Of a stretch of DNA of 64,000 nt, positions 38,022 to 47,678 are shown piece by piece (position 1 is the stretch's first letter; each line of letters opens with the position of its first letter). Position numbers and translations under genes: made by a program. The notes under the pieces were generated by a model that saw only the letters and a list, made by a program, of their open reading frames with translations, did not search any database and was not told the origin of the DNA. The DNA is from Gemmatimonadales bacterium (GTDB lineage: Bacteria; Gemmatimonadota; Gemmatimonadetes; Gemmatimonadales; GWC2-71-9). The stretch lies in contig DASUJH010000024.1 of NCBI GenBank assembly GCA_036279355.1, positions 67,375-131,374 on the forward strand, given 5' to 3'.

Positions 38022-38689
38022 CAGCGCGGCCCTCGCGGCGCGGGCGAAGCGGGCGCAGGCGGCGCCGGTGCCGCCGCCTGCAAGGCGCGCACGTGGTCAA
38101 CAATGGCCCAGCGGTCGTGCGGATCGTAGATCTTGTCGCCGTAGCGCGGCATGAGACCGCGCCCGTAGCGGATCATGCTGTAGATGTAGCCGTCGCTCAG
38201 GCCACGGGCGTGCGCGGTGAGGAGCGACGGCGCGCCGATCTTCCGCCCCACCAGCCCATCCCCCGCCCCGCCCTGGCCGTGACAAACCGAGCAATACGTA
38301 TGGAACAGCGTGTCGCCGCGGGCGGCGAAATCGGCCGGGATCTGCGGGACGCTGGGATTGTACGGCGGCGGCGTGGGCGCCGGCGCGCCGGGTTTCGTCG
38401 GGTTCGTGAGCGTATCGGCGGTTGTCGTCTTGCCTCCCGCCCACTCGGCTCCCCAGTCCGGCTCTCCGCCGTTGATCGGCACCGTGCCGGGCACCGTGTA
38501 GCGCGGCACGTCGGCGCGGCCGTACGGCGTCACCGACTTCTGATAGATCATGTGGTCGAACCAGGGAATGGCGTGCATAACGTCGTCGGGCGACGGCAGC
38601 TTGTTGTAGTACCAGTCGCAACCGGTCGCGGCGATCGACGCCACCGCCAGCGCGAGCGTGAACCCCGCACGACGCTCACGCCGTGGCAT
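38021..38689 (-). CDS. actE: Alternative Complex III monoheme cytochrome c subunit ActE
   Basis: Lipobox-like ATGC; DVMHAIPWFDHMIYQKSVTPY; single CSVCH heme motif. Confidence 0.87.
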   Translation of the reverse strand: MPRRERRAGFTLALAVASIAATGCDWYYNKLPSPDDVMHAIPWFDHMIYQKSVTPYGRADVPRYTVPGTVPINGGEPDWGAEWAGGKTTTADTLTNPTKPGAPAPTPPPYNPSVPQIPADFAARGDTLFHTYCSVCHGQGGAGDGLVGRKIGAPSLLTAHARGLSDGYIYSMIRYGRGLMPRYGDKIYDPHDRWAIVDHVRALQAAAPAPPAPASPAPRGPR

Positions 38690-39242
38690 GGCGGACCTCC
38701 ACGGCACCGGCGTTCCGGAAGAGCTGTTCGATGGGGCGGGCATGTGCCGCGTCGGCGGCCACGAAGACGCCGACGCGGTCGTCACTGAAGCGCTCGTCGT
38801 AGAGGACGCCTCGCTGGCCCTGTGCCAGCACCAGCAGCAGGACGCCGAGGATCGTGGCGAGCGACCCGATGAGCACCGTCAGCTCGAACCCGATCGCAAC
38901 GAAGGCGGGCACCGCGGCGACGGCCTTGCCACCGACGAGCGTCGGCCAATCCATGTTCATCCAGATGGTCATCCCGAAGCCGCCGGTGAGCCCGGCCAGA
39001 CCGCCGAACAGGGTGAACAGGCGCACCGAGCTTACCGGCGCCTCGAGCGCCTCCTCCAACTCGTGGTTGGGGCTCGCGGAGTAGACGGTGAGCCGCCGGT
39101 GGCCCTGGGCCCGGAGGGCGTGGATGGCGTCGATGGCCGCGTCGATGTGATCGAACGAAGCCAGGACTCCGGGCGTGAGCGTGCGCGGCCCGCGCATGAG
39201 CGCAAACGGGTTGAGCGCCCTCGGCAGGAGCGGGAAGCCCAT
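38676..39242 (-). CDS. actD: Alternative Complex III subunit ActD (DUF3341-type)
   Basis: VLASFDHIDAAIDAIHALRAQGHRRLTVYSASP, TM pair, position. Confidence 0.87.
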   Translation of the reverse strand: MGFPLLPRALNPFALMRGPRTLTPGVLASFDHIDAAIDAIHALRAQGHRRLTVYSASPNHELEEALEAPVSSVRLFTLFGGLAGLTGGFGMTIWMNMDWPTLVGGKAVAAVPAFVAIGFELTVLIGSLATILGVLLLVLAQGQRGVLYDERFSDDRVGVFVAADAAHARPIEQLFRNAGAVEVRHATA

Positions 39243-40588
39243 CAGTGGTGCCCTCCGCGCTTCCGGGGCATCGGGATCATCTCTTTCAGCTCCTGAATCG
39301 CCACGATGGGGAAATTCTTGGCGAAGAGGAGGAACCACATACCGAACCACCCGAACGAGCCGGCGAGGATGCCCCAGTCGGCCCAGGTGGGGTTCATGCC
39401 ATCCCAGGCCCACGGGATAAAGTCGTTGGAGAGCGAGGAGACGATGATCACGAAGCGCTCGAACCACATCCCGAGATTAATGAAGATCGAGATGACGAAG
39501 AGCGCGGTGATGTTGACCCGGATCTTCTTGAACCAGAGCAACTGCGAGATGAAGGCGTTGCAGGTGATCATGGTCCAGCCGGCCCACCAATAGGGGCCGA
39601 ACGGGCGCAGCCAGAAGGTGGTCTGCTCGAACGGATTGCCGCTGTACCACGCGATGAAGTACTCCATACTGTACGAGTAAAACAGGATGGAGCCGGTGAG
39701 CAGCGTGAGCTTGGACAGATTGTCGAAGTGATACGCCGTGATGATGTGCTCGAGCTTGAGCACCTTCCGGAGCGGAATGATGAGCGTCATCACCATCCCG
39801 AGCCCCGAATAGATGGCGCCGGCCACGAAGTAGGGAGCGAAGATCGTCCCGTGCCACGCGGGGACCAGCGCGGAGGCGAAGTCCCACGATACCACCGAGT
39901 GCACCGAGAGCACGAGCGGCGTCGCCAGCGCGGCGAGATAGAGATACGCCCGCGAGTAGTGGCGCCATTGATTGTCGGTGCCCTGCCAACCCACCGAGGT
40001 CCAGCGGTAGATGAGCTTGCGCCAGCCCGACATCTTGTCGCGCACGGCGGCGATGTCGGGCATCAGGCCGTAGCAGAGGAACAGCGTCGAGACCGTAAGA
40101 TAGGTCGAGATCGCGAACACGTCCCACAGCAGCGGCGACTTGAAGTTGGGCCAGAGAAACCGCTCATTGGGGTACGGCAGCAGCCAGTAGAAAACCCACT
40201 CGCGGCCGATGTGGATGATCGGGAAGAGACCGGCCGTCATGACGGCGAACACCGTCATTGCCTCGGTGGAGCGGTAGACCGCGGTGCGCCACGGCGAGCG
40301 GAAGAGAAACAGGATCGCGGAGATGAGCGTGCCGGCGTGGCCGATGCCGATCCAGAACACGAACGTCGTGATGTAGACGCTCCAGAAGATCGGCGGATTG
40401 TATCCCGCGTGGCCGAGGCCGTCCTTCACCAGGATGAGGAAGGTGATGGCGCCGACGAGGAAGAGACCGATCGCGCCGAAGAGCAGCAGGACGTAGCCGC
40501 GGTTCGGCCTCTCCAGCGTGGCGACGATGTCGCGGGTGATGTCGCCGTGCGTCGGCGGAATGGCCGGGAGCGGTGCAAGCGTAGCCAT
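39242..40588 (-). CDS. actC: Alternative Complex III NrfD-like quinol-binding subunit ActC
   Basis: NrfD/PsrC-like 10-TM protein: VFWIGIGHAGTLISAILFLFRSPWRTAVYRSTEAMTVFAV. Confidence 0.92.
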   Translation of the reverse strand: MATLAPLPAIPPTHGDITRDIVATLERPNRGYVLLLFGAIGLFLVGAITFLILVKDGLGHAGYNPPIFWSVYITTFVFWIGIGHAGTLISAILFLFRSPWRTAVYRSTEAMTVFAVMTAGLFPIIHIGREWVFYWLLPYPNERFLWPNFKSPLLWDVFAISTYLTVSTLFLCYGLMPDIAAVRDKMSGWRKLIYRWTSVGWQGTDNQWRHYSRAYLYLAALATPLVLSVHSVVSWDFASALVPAWHGTIFAPYFVAGAIYSGLGMVMTLIIPLRKVLKLEHIITAYHFDNLSKLTLLTGSILFYSYSMEYFIAWYSGNPFEQTTFWLRPFGPYWWAGWTMITCNAFISQLLWFKKIRVNITALFVISIFINLGMWFERFVIIVSSLSNDFIPWAWDGMNPTWADWGILAGSFGWFGMWFLLFAKNFPIVAIQELKEMIPMPRKRGGHH

Positions 40589-40592
40589 CCCG

Positions 40593-43500
40593 CTATGCCT
40601 CCGCCGCGCGGCGGACCTTCGCGAGATACGTGATCGCCGGGCGGGTGTTGAGGGATTCGAGCACGTGATAGCCCCGCCGATCCTGGGACAGCGCGTACAC
40701 CCGGCTGTCCGGATCGCGGAGATTGCCGAAGACGATGGCATCGGACGGACAGGCCTGCGCGCAGGCGGTGTTCACGTCGCCTTCCTTGAGGGTGCGGCTC
40801 TCGAGGCGCACCTCATTCTGCGCGCCGCGGATGCGCTGGACGCAGAAGGTGCACTTTTCCATGACGCCGCGGGCCCGCACGGTGACGTCGGGGTTGAGCT
40901 GCAGGTTGAGCGGCGCCGGCCATGCCTCATCGTTGTACTTGTACCAGTTGAAGTAGCGCACCTTGTACGGGCAGTTGTTGGCGCAGTACCGCGTGCCGAC
41001 GCATCGGTTGTAGACCTGGCCGTTGAGTCCGTCCACCGTGTGATAGGCCGCGTACACCGGGCAGACCGATTCGCACGGCGCGCTGCCGCACTGCTGGCAG
41101 AGCATCGGGACGAAGCGCGCCTCGAGGCCGCCCGCCGGGGAGTCGGCGAACGCGCCCTCCCAGTAGCGCTCGAGCCGGAGCCAGGTCATCTCCCGGCCGC
41201 GCCAGATCTCGTCCTCGCCCACGGTCGGGATGTTGTTCTCCGCGTAGCAGGCGGTGATGCATGCCGTGCAGCCGGTGCACCGCGAGAGATCGATGGCCAT
41301 GCCCCACATGGGGTGATCACCCGCGTAGTTGCCGAGGAGCGTGCGGGCGTGGACCTCGGCCGCCCATCCCTTGATGGCACGAAGCTCGCCCTCGGTGTTC
41401 GGCTCCGGTTCGGCGCGATGCTCGGCGACGAGCGCCTGGTGGATCGTCTCGCCGCGCTGGGCGGCCGCAAGCGTCATCGCCTCCGCGATACCGCGGCCGA
41501 GCTGGCGCGGCGTTCCCTCGGTGGTGGCGAGCTTGCGGTACGCCCTTGTCTTCTCCACCGACACTGTCAGGCCGGCAAAGGTGACGAAGGGATCGTCGGG
41601 CGCGGCCGGCACGAGGTCGAGCACGTTGATGCCGCGGCCGCTGGCGTAGGCTCCGTAGGCCGTGTGCCCGAAACCGAACGGCGTCGACAGCACGCGCGGG
41701 TGCACGCCCGGATAGAGCAGCACGGGCGCCTCCACGGCGCCCTGCGGCGTACGCAAGCGCAGGAACTCTCCGTTGCGGATGTCGAGCTGCCGGGCCGTGG
41801 TCGGATGGATCTCGATCCAGGAGTTCCAGGTGAGCTTCGTGACCGGATCGGGGTTCTCGAGGAGCCACGGCTTGTTGGTGCCCCGGCCGTCGTAGAGCAA
41901 CGGCGAGACGCCGGGCACGAGATAGAAGTCGCCGGCGCCGGGCGCCGGAAGGCGCGTGTAGGCCGGCGTGACGTTCGCGGCCAGGCGCACCTCGGGCACC
42001 GGGGGTGGCTCGAGATAAAGTCCGCCGCGCCGGAGCGACTCGCGCCAGAAGCTCTCGGCATCCCCGGCATGCTGCTCTGCGGCGAGCGTCTGCCAGCGGC
42101 TCTTGAGGTGCGCCTCGAAGGTGGGAGCGCCGAATTTCGCAAGCGGGCCGCCCGCCTTGCGCGCTACCGCGAGCAGAACGTCGCCGGTGTGCATCGTCTG
42201 GAACACCGGCTCCATGACGGGCTGCATGAGCCCGTACACGGCGGCGCGCGGGTGCGCGTCGTCCCAGCGCTCCAGCGCGTGGTGGTTCGGCAGCAGGAGA
42301 TCGCACTGCGCCGCCGTTTCGTCGAGGTAGAGGGACGTCGACACCTTGAAGGCGGCCTGCTTGAAGCGGGCCGCGAAGCCGCTCGCTTGCGGAAGCGTGT
42401 ACAGCGGATTGGTCTCGTGCACCAGCAGCACCGAGACCTGGCCGGCGTCGAGCGCCTGGGCGAGCGAATTGATCGCGGCGTGCCCGTCGGCCGCCTGCAA
42501 GTCGGCCCCGAAGCGCACGGTCTCGCCCACGTTGCCGGCGAGATAATTGAGAACGTTGGCGGCGGTGCAGGTCTCGACCGCCGCGCGGTACTGGTTGCCC
42601 GCGCCGCCGGCCACGGCGAGACTCGGCCGCGCCGCGGCGAGCTCGCGGCCGACGCGCCGGATTACATCCGCCGACACGCCCGATTCCCTGGCCGCCATCT
42701 CCGGCGTGAACTCGGCGATCGTTGCGGCGAGCCCATCGGCACCGGCTGGCGCGCCCTTGCCCTCGGTCGCCACGACGTTGGCGAGCGCCAGCGCGATCGT
42801 GGTCTCCGAGCCGGGCGGCACGAGGTACCACTCGTCAGCGTTGAGGCCGGTGAGCGGCGCGCGCGGCCCGAAGAAGACGAGCTTGGACATGCGCCCGTCG
42901 CGGAACCCGTGCGCGTCGGCAAAGCCGCGCGAATTCTCGACCGGCGAGAGCCACGTCTCGAGGAAATCAGTGCCGAAGGCGACCACGTATTGCGCCCGCG
43001 AAAAGTCGTGCGCCGGCACGTCGTCCCGGCCGAAGACGGCGCGGTTGGCGGCGCGGAGCGGCTCCTCGTCGAACGGCTGATAACGCACGACGCGGCCGCC
43101 GAGGGCGGCGGTCCATTCCGCCAGAAGATCGGAAAAGGTGCCCCGGCCAGCGCCCGAGATGACGGCCACCTTCCCCGCGGCGCCGGCGAGCTTTGCGGCC
43201 AGCCGGCCGATGGCGTCGTCCCACGTGATCTCGCTGAACCCGCCGGTGGCATTGCGCGCCATGGGCGCCTTCACGCGCCCGGGATTGTACAGTCCCTGGA
43301 GCGCGGCCTGGCCGCGGGAGCAGAGCTTGCCGCGATTCACCGGATGCTCGGGGTTGCCCTCGAGCTTGACCGCGCGCCCTTCACGGGTGCGCACGTGAAG
43401 GCCGCAGCCGCCGGCGCACTCGGTGCACGTGCTCGCGTAATATGTCGCGATGCCGGGGATCTGGTCCTCGGACTGAACCAGATAGGGGATGAGCTGCTGA

Positions 43501-43610
43501 ACCCGCTCGGTGGAACAGCCGGAGAGGAGCGCCGCGCCGGCACCCGACGCTCCCAGCACCGTGAGGAATCGGCGGCGATTGATGGATGTCTGATCGGTCT
43601 CGTCAGCCAT
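40593..43610 (-). CDS. actB: Alternative Complex III iron-sulfur/molybdopterin-like subunit ActB
   Basis: Molybdopterin-like N-terminal part fused to ferredoxin-like C-terminus (CTGCTACITACYAENN, CQQCGSAPCESVCP, CANNCPYKVRYFNW). Confidence 0.93.
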   Translation of the reverse strand: MADETDQTSINRRRFLTVLGASGAGAALLSGCSTERVQQLIPYLVQSEDQIPGIATYYASTCTECAGGCGLHVRTREGRAVKLEGNPEHPVNRGKLCSRGQAALQGLYNPGRVKAPMARNATGGFSEITWDDAIGRLAAKLAGAAGKVAVISGAGRGTFSDLLAEWTAALGGRVVRYQPFDEEPLRAANRAVFGRDDVPAHDFSRAQYVVAFGTDFLETWLSPVENSRGFADAHGFRDGRMSKLVFFGPRAPLTGLNADEWYLVPPGSETTIALALANVVATEGKGAPAGADGLAATIAEFTPEMAARESGVSADVIRRVGRELAAARPSLAVAGGAGNQYRAAVETCTAANVLNYLAGNVGETVRFGADLQAADGHAAINSLAQALDAGQVSVLLVHETNPLYTLPQASGFAARFKQAAFKVSTSLYLDETAAQCDLLLPNHHALERWDDAHPRAAVYGLMQPVMEPVFQTMHTGDVLLAVARKAGGPLAKFGAPTFEAHLKSRWQTLAAEQHAGDAESFWRESLRRGGLYLEPPPVPEVRLAANVTPAYTRLPAPGAGDFYLVPGVSPLLYDGRGTNKPWLLENPDPVTKLTWNSWIEIHPTTARQLDIRNGEFLRLRTPQGAVEAPVLLYPGVHPRVLSTPFGFGHTAYGAYASGRGINVLDLVPAAPDDPFVTFAGLTVSVEKTRAYRKLATTEGTPRQLGRGIAEAMTLAAAQRGETIHQALVAEHRAEPEPNTEGELRAIKGWAAEVHARTLLGNYAGDHPMWGMAIDLSRCTGCTACITACYAENNIPTVGEDEIWRGREMTWLRLERYWEGAFADSPAGGLEARFVPMLCQQCGSAPCESVCPVYAAYHTVDGLNGQVYNRCVGTRYCANNCPYKVRYFNWYKYNDEAWPAPLNLQLNPDVTVRARGVMEKCTFCVQRIRGAQNEVRLESRTLKEGDVNTACAQACPSDAIVFGNLRDPDSRVYALSQDRRGYHVLESLNTRPAITYLAKVRRAAEA

Positions 43611-43637
43611 TGCGGCTCCGAATGAGTGCGCCGGCCA

Positions 43638-44264
43638 TCAGTAGTGGCAGGCCGAGCAATCGCGCGACACGTTACGCTCCAAGTGGCACGTGATGCAAAA
43701 ACCCATGTTCGTGATGTTGTTGACCTTGTAGACCTGCGGCATCCGGGCGACCTCGCCGTGGCAGGTGCCGCAGGCGTCGGGACCCAGCGCCTTGATATGG
43801 CGGCTGTGGGGGAAGTGCGCGAATCGCGCGAGGTAGTGGACCCGGATCCACGGAATCGGCTGCTTCTTGGCCCACGCGTCGCGCAGCTTTTTGATCTCGA
43901 CCTTGTGACTGCTGTCGCTCCCCGCGATCACGAGATGGCATCCCATGCAGGTCTGCATCGAGGGGATGCCCGGCTCGGTGGAGACCGCCACGGTATAGTG
44001 GCAGTACTGGCACTGGATCTTGTACTGGCCGGCGTGGATGTCGTGACGGAAGAAAATGGGCTGGCGGGGTCCGAGGAGCGCGGCGGTGTCGGAAGGGCCG
44101 AGCACCGGCGCTTTCGTCGAATCGGCGACCGCCTTCGGCGCTTGGGCGCGCGACTGTCCGCTGGTGAGCGCCACGGCGCCTGCGAGGGCCGCGACGGCCG
44201 CCGCGGCGCCCACCCCCATCAGTCCGAGCTTACGCATCATCCGTTTCCGCACGAGAGAGCCCAC
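43638..44264 (-). CDS. actA: Alternative Complex III pentaheme cytochrome c subunit ActA
   Basis: Five CxxCH motifs: CQYCH, CMGCH, CGTCH, CITCH, CSACH. Confidence 0.92.
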   Translation of the reverse strand: MGSLVRKRMMRKLGLMGVGAAAAVAALAGAVALTSGQSRAQAPKAVADSTKAPVLGPSDTAALLGPRQPIFFRHDIHAGQYKIQCQYCHYTVAVSTEPGIPSMQTCMGCHLVIAGSDSSHKVEIKKLRDAWAKKQPIPWIRVHYLARFAHFPHSRHIKALGPDACGTCHGEVARMPQVYKVNNITNMGFCITCHLERNVSRDCSACHY

Positions 44265-44414
44265 TCAACCGCGCGCTCGCACCGTCGGAAATCCGCCGCG
44301 AGTGAACGCAACGTTGAGAAATTGTGCGCAAGAAACCTGAGACAGGCGCGCTGCAAAAGCGCGCTAAGTATAGTGGCGTCCGTGCGCCGATCACAACCCG
44401 ACGATCGGCCCGGC

Positions 44415-44900
44415 TCACTCGGCCCGTGCGCGCCGCCGCGCGGAGGGCGCCTCACCGAGCCAGACCGCCTTGCGGCGCACGAGTCCGAGGAAAGCGTCGA
44501 CGTGGCGGCGATCGGCGAACGGAATCCAGCACCACTTCACCGGGCCGGTCCGCTGCCCCTCGCGCACCGCGTCACGCACGATGGCCGTGAGCCGCGCCGC
44601 GCCGAGCACCCGGCGCTCCTCGTCGTCGGTGAGGGTGAAGGTGCCGCTCGCGCGGCTCGCGACCGGGTGCAACCAGCAGAGCTTGCGCGCCGCCACCGCG
44701 TATTCCCAGGTCCAGCCCCACGGCGAGCCCATGAAGCGCACCTGCTCGCTCACCGGTCCGAGCGCCAGCAGCCCCGCGCGCGCGTGACGAAACCGCTCGG
44801 CGACCAGGGCGGGCAGCGCGTCGTACGGCGCCGAGGGCGTCGGCTCGGGGTTCGCGAGGCGGTAGGGGTTCGCGGCCCAGTAGGCGGTCGAGCGGGCCAC
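44415..44900 (-). CDS. Hypothetical protein, possibly DUF3788-like
   Basis: VRFMGSPWGWTWEYAVAARKLCWLHPVASRASGTFTL. Confidence 0.4.
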   Translation of the reverse strand: MARSTAYWAANPYRLANPEPTPSAPYDALPALVAERFRHARAGLLALGPVSEQVRFMGSPWGWTWEYAVAARKLCWLHPVASRASGTFTLTDDEERRVLGAARLTAIVRDAVREGQRTGPVKWCWIPFADRRHVDAFLGLVRRKAVWLGEAPSARRRARAE

Positions 44901-44903
44901 GCG

Positions 44904-45674
44904 TCAGGACTTGGCGGCGGACGGCGGACGACCCATCGGCACTCCCATGCGGGTGAGATAGCGCACGACTTCGATGCCCATCGCGCGGACCAGCGATGCC
45001 TCGCGGCCGTCGAGCCCGGCGCGGAAGATGATTTCGCGCCACGAACGCAATACGTGCTCGGCCCGGCGCGTCTTGAAGAAGTCGATCGCGGCAAGCGCGC
45101 GGACCCAGTCGGCGAAGAGCGTCTCCAGCTCGTCGGACGTAGCCGGCGGCGCGTCCTTGCGCGGCGGCTTGAACGCCGCTTCATCACCGCCCCGGGCGAC
45201 CCATGTCTCGTACGCCATGATCGCCACCGCCTGCGCCAGGTTGAGCGACGGGTGCGCCGGGTCCGTCGCGATGGTCACCAGCGCCTGGCAGTGGTCGAGC
45301 TCTTCGTTGGTGAGCCCCTTATCCTCCCGCCCGGCCACGATCGCGACGGGGCCGTCCGCCGCGTGCGCCACGACCTGGGCCGCTGCCCCGCGGGGGCGGA
45401 GCGTGGTGCGCTTCGCGGTGCGCTCGCGTCCGGTGAGCACCGCGGCGTAAATCGTGTCGTGCAGCGCCGCGGGGAGCGAGTCGTAGACGGACATCCGCGC
45501 GACCAGATCCGCCGTGTTGTGCGCGATGCCCTCGATTCGCCACGGGTCCAGCTCGACCTCGGGGTTCACCACGCGCAGAGCCGCGATCCCGAAGTTCTTG
45601 GCGATCCGCGCCGCGCTCGCGACGTTTACGATGTCCTGGGGCGCCACCAGCACCAGGATCGGCGCGCGGCCCAT
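44904..45674 (-). CDS. trmJ: SpoU/TrmJ-family RNA methyltransferase
   Basis: LVLVAPQDIVNVASAARIAKNFGIAALRVVNP, IVAGREDKGLTNEELDHC, HPSLNLAQAVAIMAYE. Confidence 0.88.
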   Translation of the reverse strand: MGRAPILVLVAPQDIVNVASAARIAKNFGIAALRVVNPEVELDPWRIEGIAHNTADLVARMSVYDSLPAALHDTIYAAVLTGRERTAKRTTLRPRGAAAQVVAHAADGPVAIVAGREDKGLTNEELDHCQALVTIATDPAHPSLNLAQAVAIMAYETWVARGGDEAAFKPPRKDAPPATSDELETLFADWVRALAAIDFFKTRRAEHVLRSWREIIFRAGLDGREASLVRAMGIEVVRYLTRMGVPMGRPPSAAKS

Positions 45675-45683
45675 CGCGGGCCG

Positions 45684-47123
45684 CTAGGCCTCGGCGAGGA
45701 AGGACACGTCGTGCCGCTTGGCCTTGAGTGCCGCAGCGAACCCCACCTTCTCGGCCGCCTTCATGTACGCCTCCTTGGGCTCGACCTGGCCGGCGTCGAC
45801 CAGCTCGAGGAGGGCGTCGTTGAGCGGCACCATGCCCAGCCTGCGGTTGGTCTGCATGATGGACGCGATCTGGAAGGTCTTGCCTTCCCGGATCAGGTTC
45901 GAGATCGCCGGGATCGTGAGCAGCACCTCGCGAGCGGCCGCACGGCCGCCCCCGACCTTGCGGCAGAGCACCTGGGTGATGACGCCGCGCAGCGACTCGG
46001 CCAGCATGACCCGGATCTGCGCCTGGCGATCGGCGGGAAACTGGTCGATGATGCGATCGATCGTCGACGCCGCGGAGGTGGTGTGCAATGTGCCGAAGAC
46101 GAGGTGCCCCGTCTCCGCCGTTTCGATGGCGATGGAGACGGTCTCGAGGTCGCGCATCTCGCCCACCATCACGACGTCCGGATCCTCGCGCAGTGCGGCG
46201 CGGAGCGCCTGCTTGAACGAGCGGGTGTGCTGGCCGACCTGACGCTGAGTCACGAGGCACCGCTTGCTCCCGTGCACGAACTCGATGGGGTCCTCGATCG
46301 TGATGATGTGGTCGCCGCGGGTGCGATTCACCAGGTCGATCAGAGCGGCGAGCGTGGTGGACTTGCCGGAGCCGGTCGGTCCGGTGACGAGCACGAGCCC
46401 CTTGCTCAGATAGCAGAGGTTCTGCACTTCCCGACTCAGACCGAGCTCGTCGGCCGTCGGCACCTGGCTCCCAATGGTGCGGAACACGCCGAGCGGGCCG
46501 TGGCGATCCCGCCCCGCGTTGCAGCGGAACCGGCCGACCCCGTCGATCTCGTACGCCCAGTCGGTGTCGCCCGTCTCGCGAAATTCCGCCAGCTCTCGCG
46601 GGCCCATGATGCTCGCGAGCATGACCTCGAGGCGCTCGGCGGCCAGAGGCTCGGTGCCGTGCCGCTCCAGCTCGCCGCCGCGCCGGAGCATCGGCGGCTC
46701 ACCACTCCGGAGGTGGAGGTCCGATGCACCCGCCGCGGCCAGCTCCCGAAGCAAGCGTTCGATGGCATCGCGCGCCTCGCGCTGGTCCGCCGGCGGCGCG
46801 GCGGCCGGCGCGGCGGCGCCATTGCCGACCGGCCGGAGCCGCGCGCCCGCGCCAGGGCCGCCCACCGGCAGCTCGACCTGGACGGCGCCGGCCGGGGCCC
46901 GATATTCGAATCGAACCGGCGCGCTCGCCGCTGCGCCGCTCACCGCGCCCGCGGGGGCGATCTCCCGCACCAGCGCCGCGATCTGCGTATCGCTCAGCGA
47001 CTCCTTCGTGAGCGGGCGTGCCGCGCCATCCCGCACCAGCGCCGCGGGTTTTCCGGCCGCGAGCTCGAGCGCGTCGGCGCGCTGCTCGTGGAGCGCCTGG
47101 ATCAATCGGTCGAGTCGAGCCAC
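45684..47123 (-). CDS. pilT: PilT-type twitching/retraction ATPase with duplicated N-terminal region
   Basis: SDLHLRSGEPPMLRRGGEL, LVLVTGPTGSGKSTTLAALIDLVN, DPDVVMVGEMRDLETVSIAIETAETGHLVFGTLHT. Confidence 0.88.
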   Translation of the reverse strand: MARLDRLIQALHEQRADALELAAGKPAALVRDGAARPLTKESLSDTQIAALVREIAPAGAVSGAAASAPVRFEYRAPAGAVQVELPVGGPGAGARLRPVGNGAAAPAAAPPADQREARDAIERLLRELAAAGASDLHLRSGEPPMLRRGGELERHGTEPLAAERLEVMLASIMGPRELAEFRETGDTDWAYEIDGVGRFRCNAGRDRHGPLGVFRTIGSQVPTADELGLSREVQNLCYLSKGLVLVTGPTGSGKSTTLAALIDLVNRTRGDHIITIEDPIEFVHGSKRCLVTQRQVGQHTRSFKQALRAALREDPDVVMVGEMRDLETVSIAIETAETGHLVFGTLHTTSAASTIDRIIDQFPADRQAQIRVMLAESLRGVITQVLCRKVGGGRAAAREVLLTIPAISNLIREGKTFQIASIMQTNRRLGMVPLNDALLELVDAGQVEPKEAYMKAAEKVGFAAALKAKRHDVSFLAEA

Positions 47124-47132
47124 GGCTCCTCG

Positions 47133-47597
47133 TCAGTCATGGGGGCGGACCGTCCGCACCAGGGCCTTGTTGATGTAGTGGGTCACGTCGTCGGTCCAGA
47201 GCGCGAAGAATGGGTCGGGACCGTTGACGTAGTCGAGCGCGCGGGCGCGCGATGGCGGCAGCTCGAGCGCCGCGCGCCCGCGCAGTTCGGTGCCGCCCAC
47301 CACGACGACCTCGAGCGCCACGAGCTTGGCAGCCGAGAAGCGTTCGGGGTCGGTTGGTGGTGCGTGATGGTGACAGGAAAGCACGGCGGCCTGCGACTTG
47401 GGCACGAACAATACGCCGCCGTCAGCCTGGGTCAGAGCGAAAAAGGCCTCAGGCCGGTTGAGCATTTCGAGCGGCGTTTCGGGGCCCGGCGGATACGCGT
47501 CGCGCGACAGCAGGTGCAGACTGCCTTCGACCCTGACTCCCTCAGCCAGCATGACCTCGGCCGATTCCTGGCGGATGGATCCCCAGGCATCGGTCAT
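47133..47597 (-). CDS. Conserved-looking hypothetical protein
   Basis: ORF MTDAWGSIRQESAEVMLAEGVRVEGSLHLLSRDAYPPGPETPLEMLN; 9 bp upstream of pilT-like gene. Confidence 0.5.
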   Translation of the reverse strand: MTDAWGSIRQESAEVMLAEGVRVEGSLHLLSRDAYPPGPETPLEMLNRPEAFFALTQADGGVLFVPKSQAAVLSCHHHAPPTDPERFSAAKLVALEVVVVGGTELRGRAALELPPSRARALDYVNGPDPFFALWTDDVTHYINKALVRTVRPHD

Positions 47598-47678
47598 GAT
47601 GTGAATTGGGGCACTGGGCTCAGCATAGGTAAAGGGAAACTCGCCAGCGCCCCCCGATCCCGGCAAGGCCTCGCGGCC

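Noticed and set aside
40518-43625. 1035-aa plus-strand ORF
   Set aside because: Exactly antisense to ActB, which has clear ferredoxin and molybdopterin-like motifs; the plus ORF has none.
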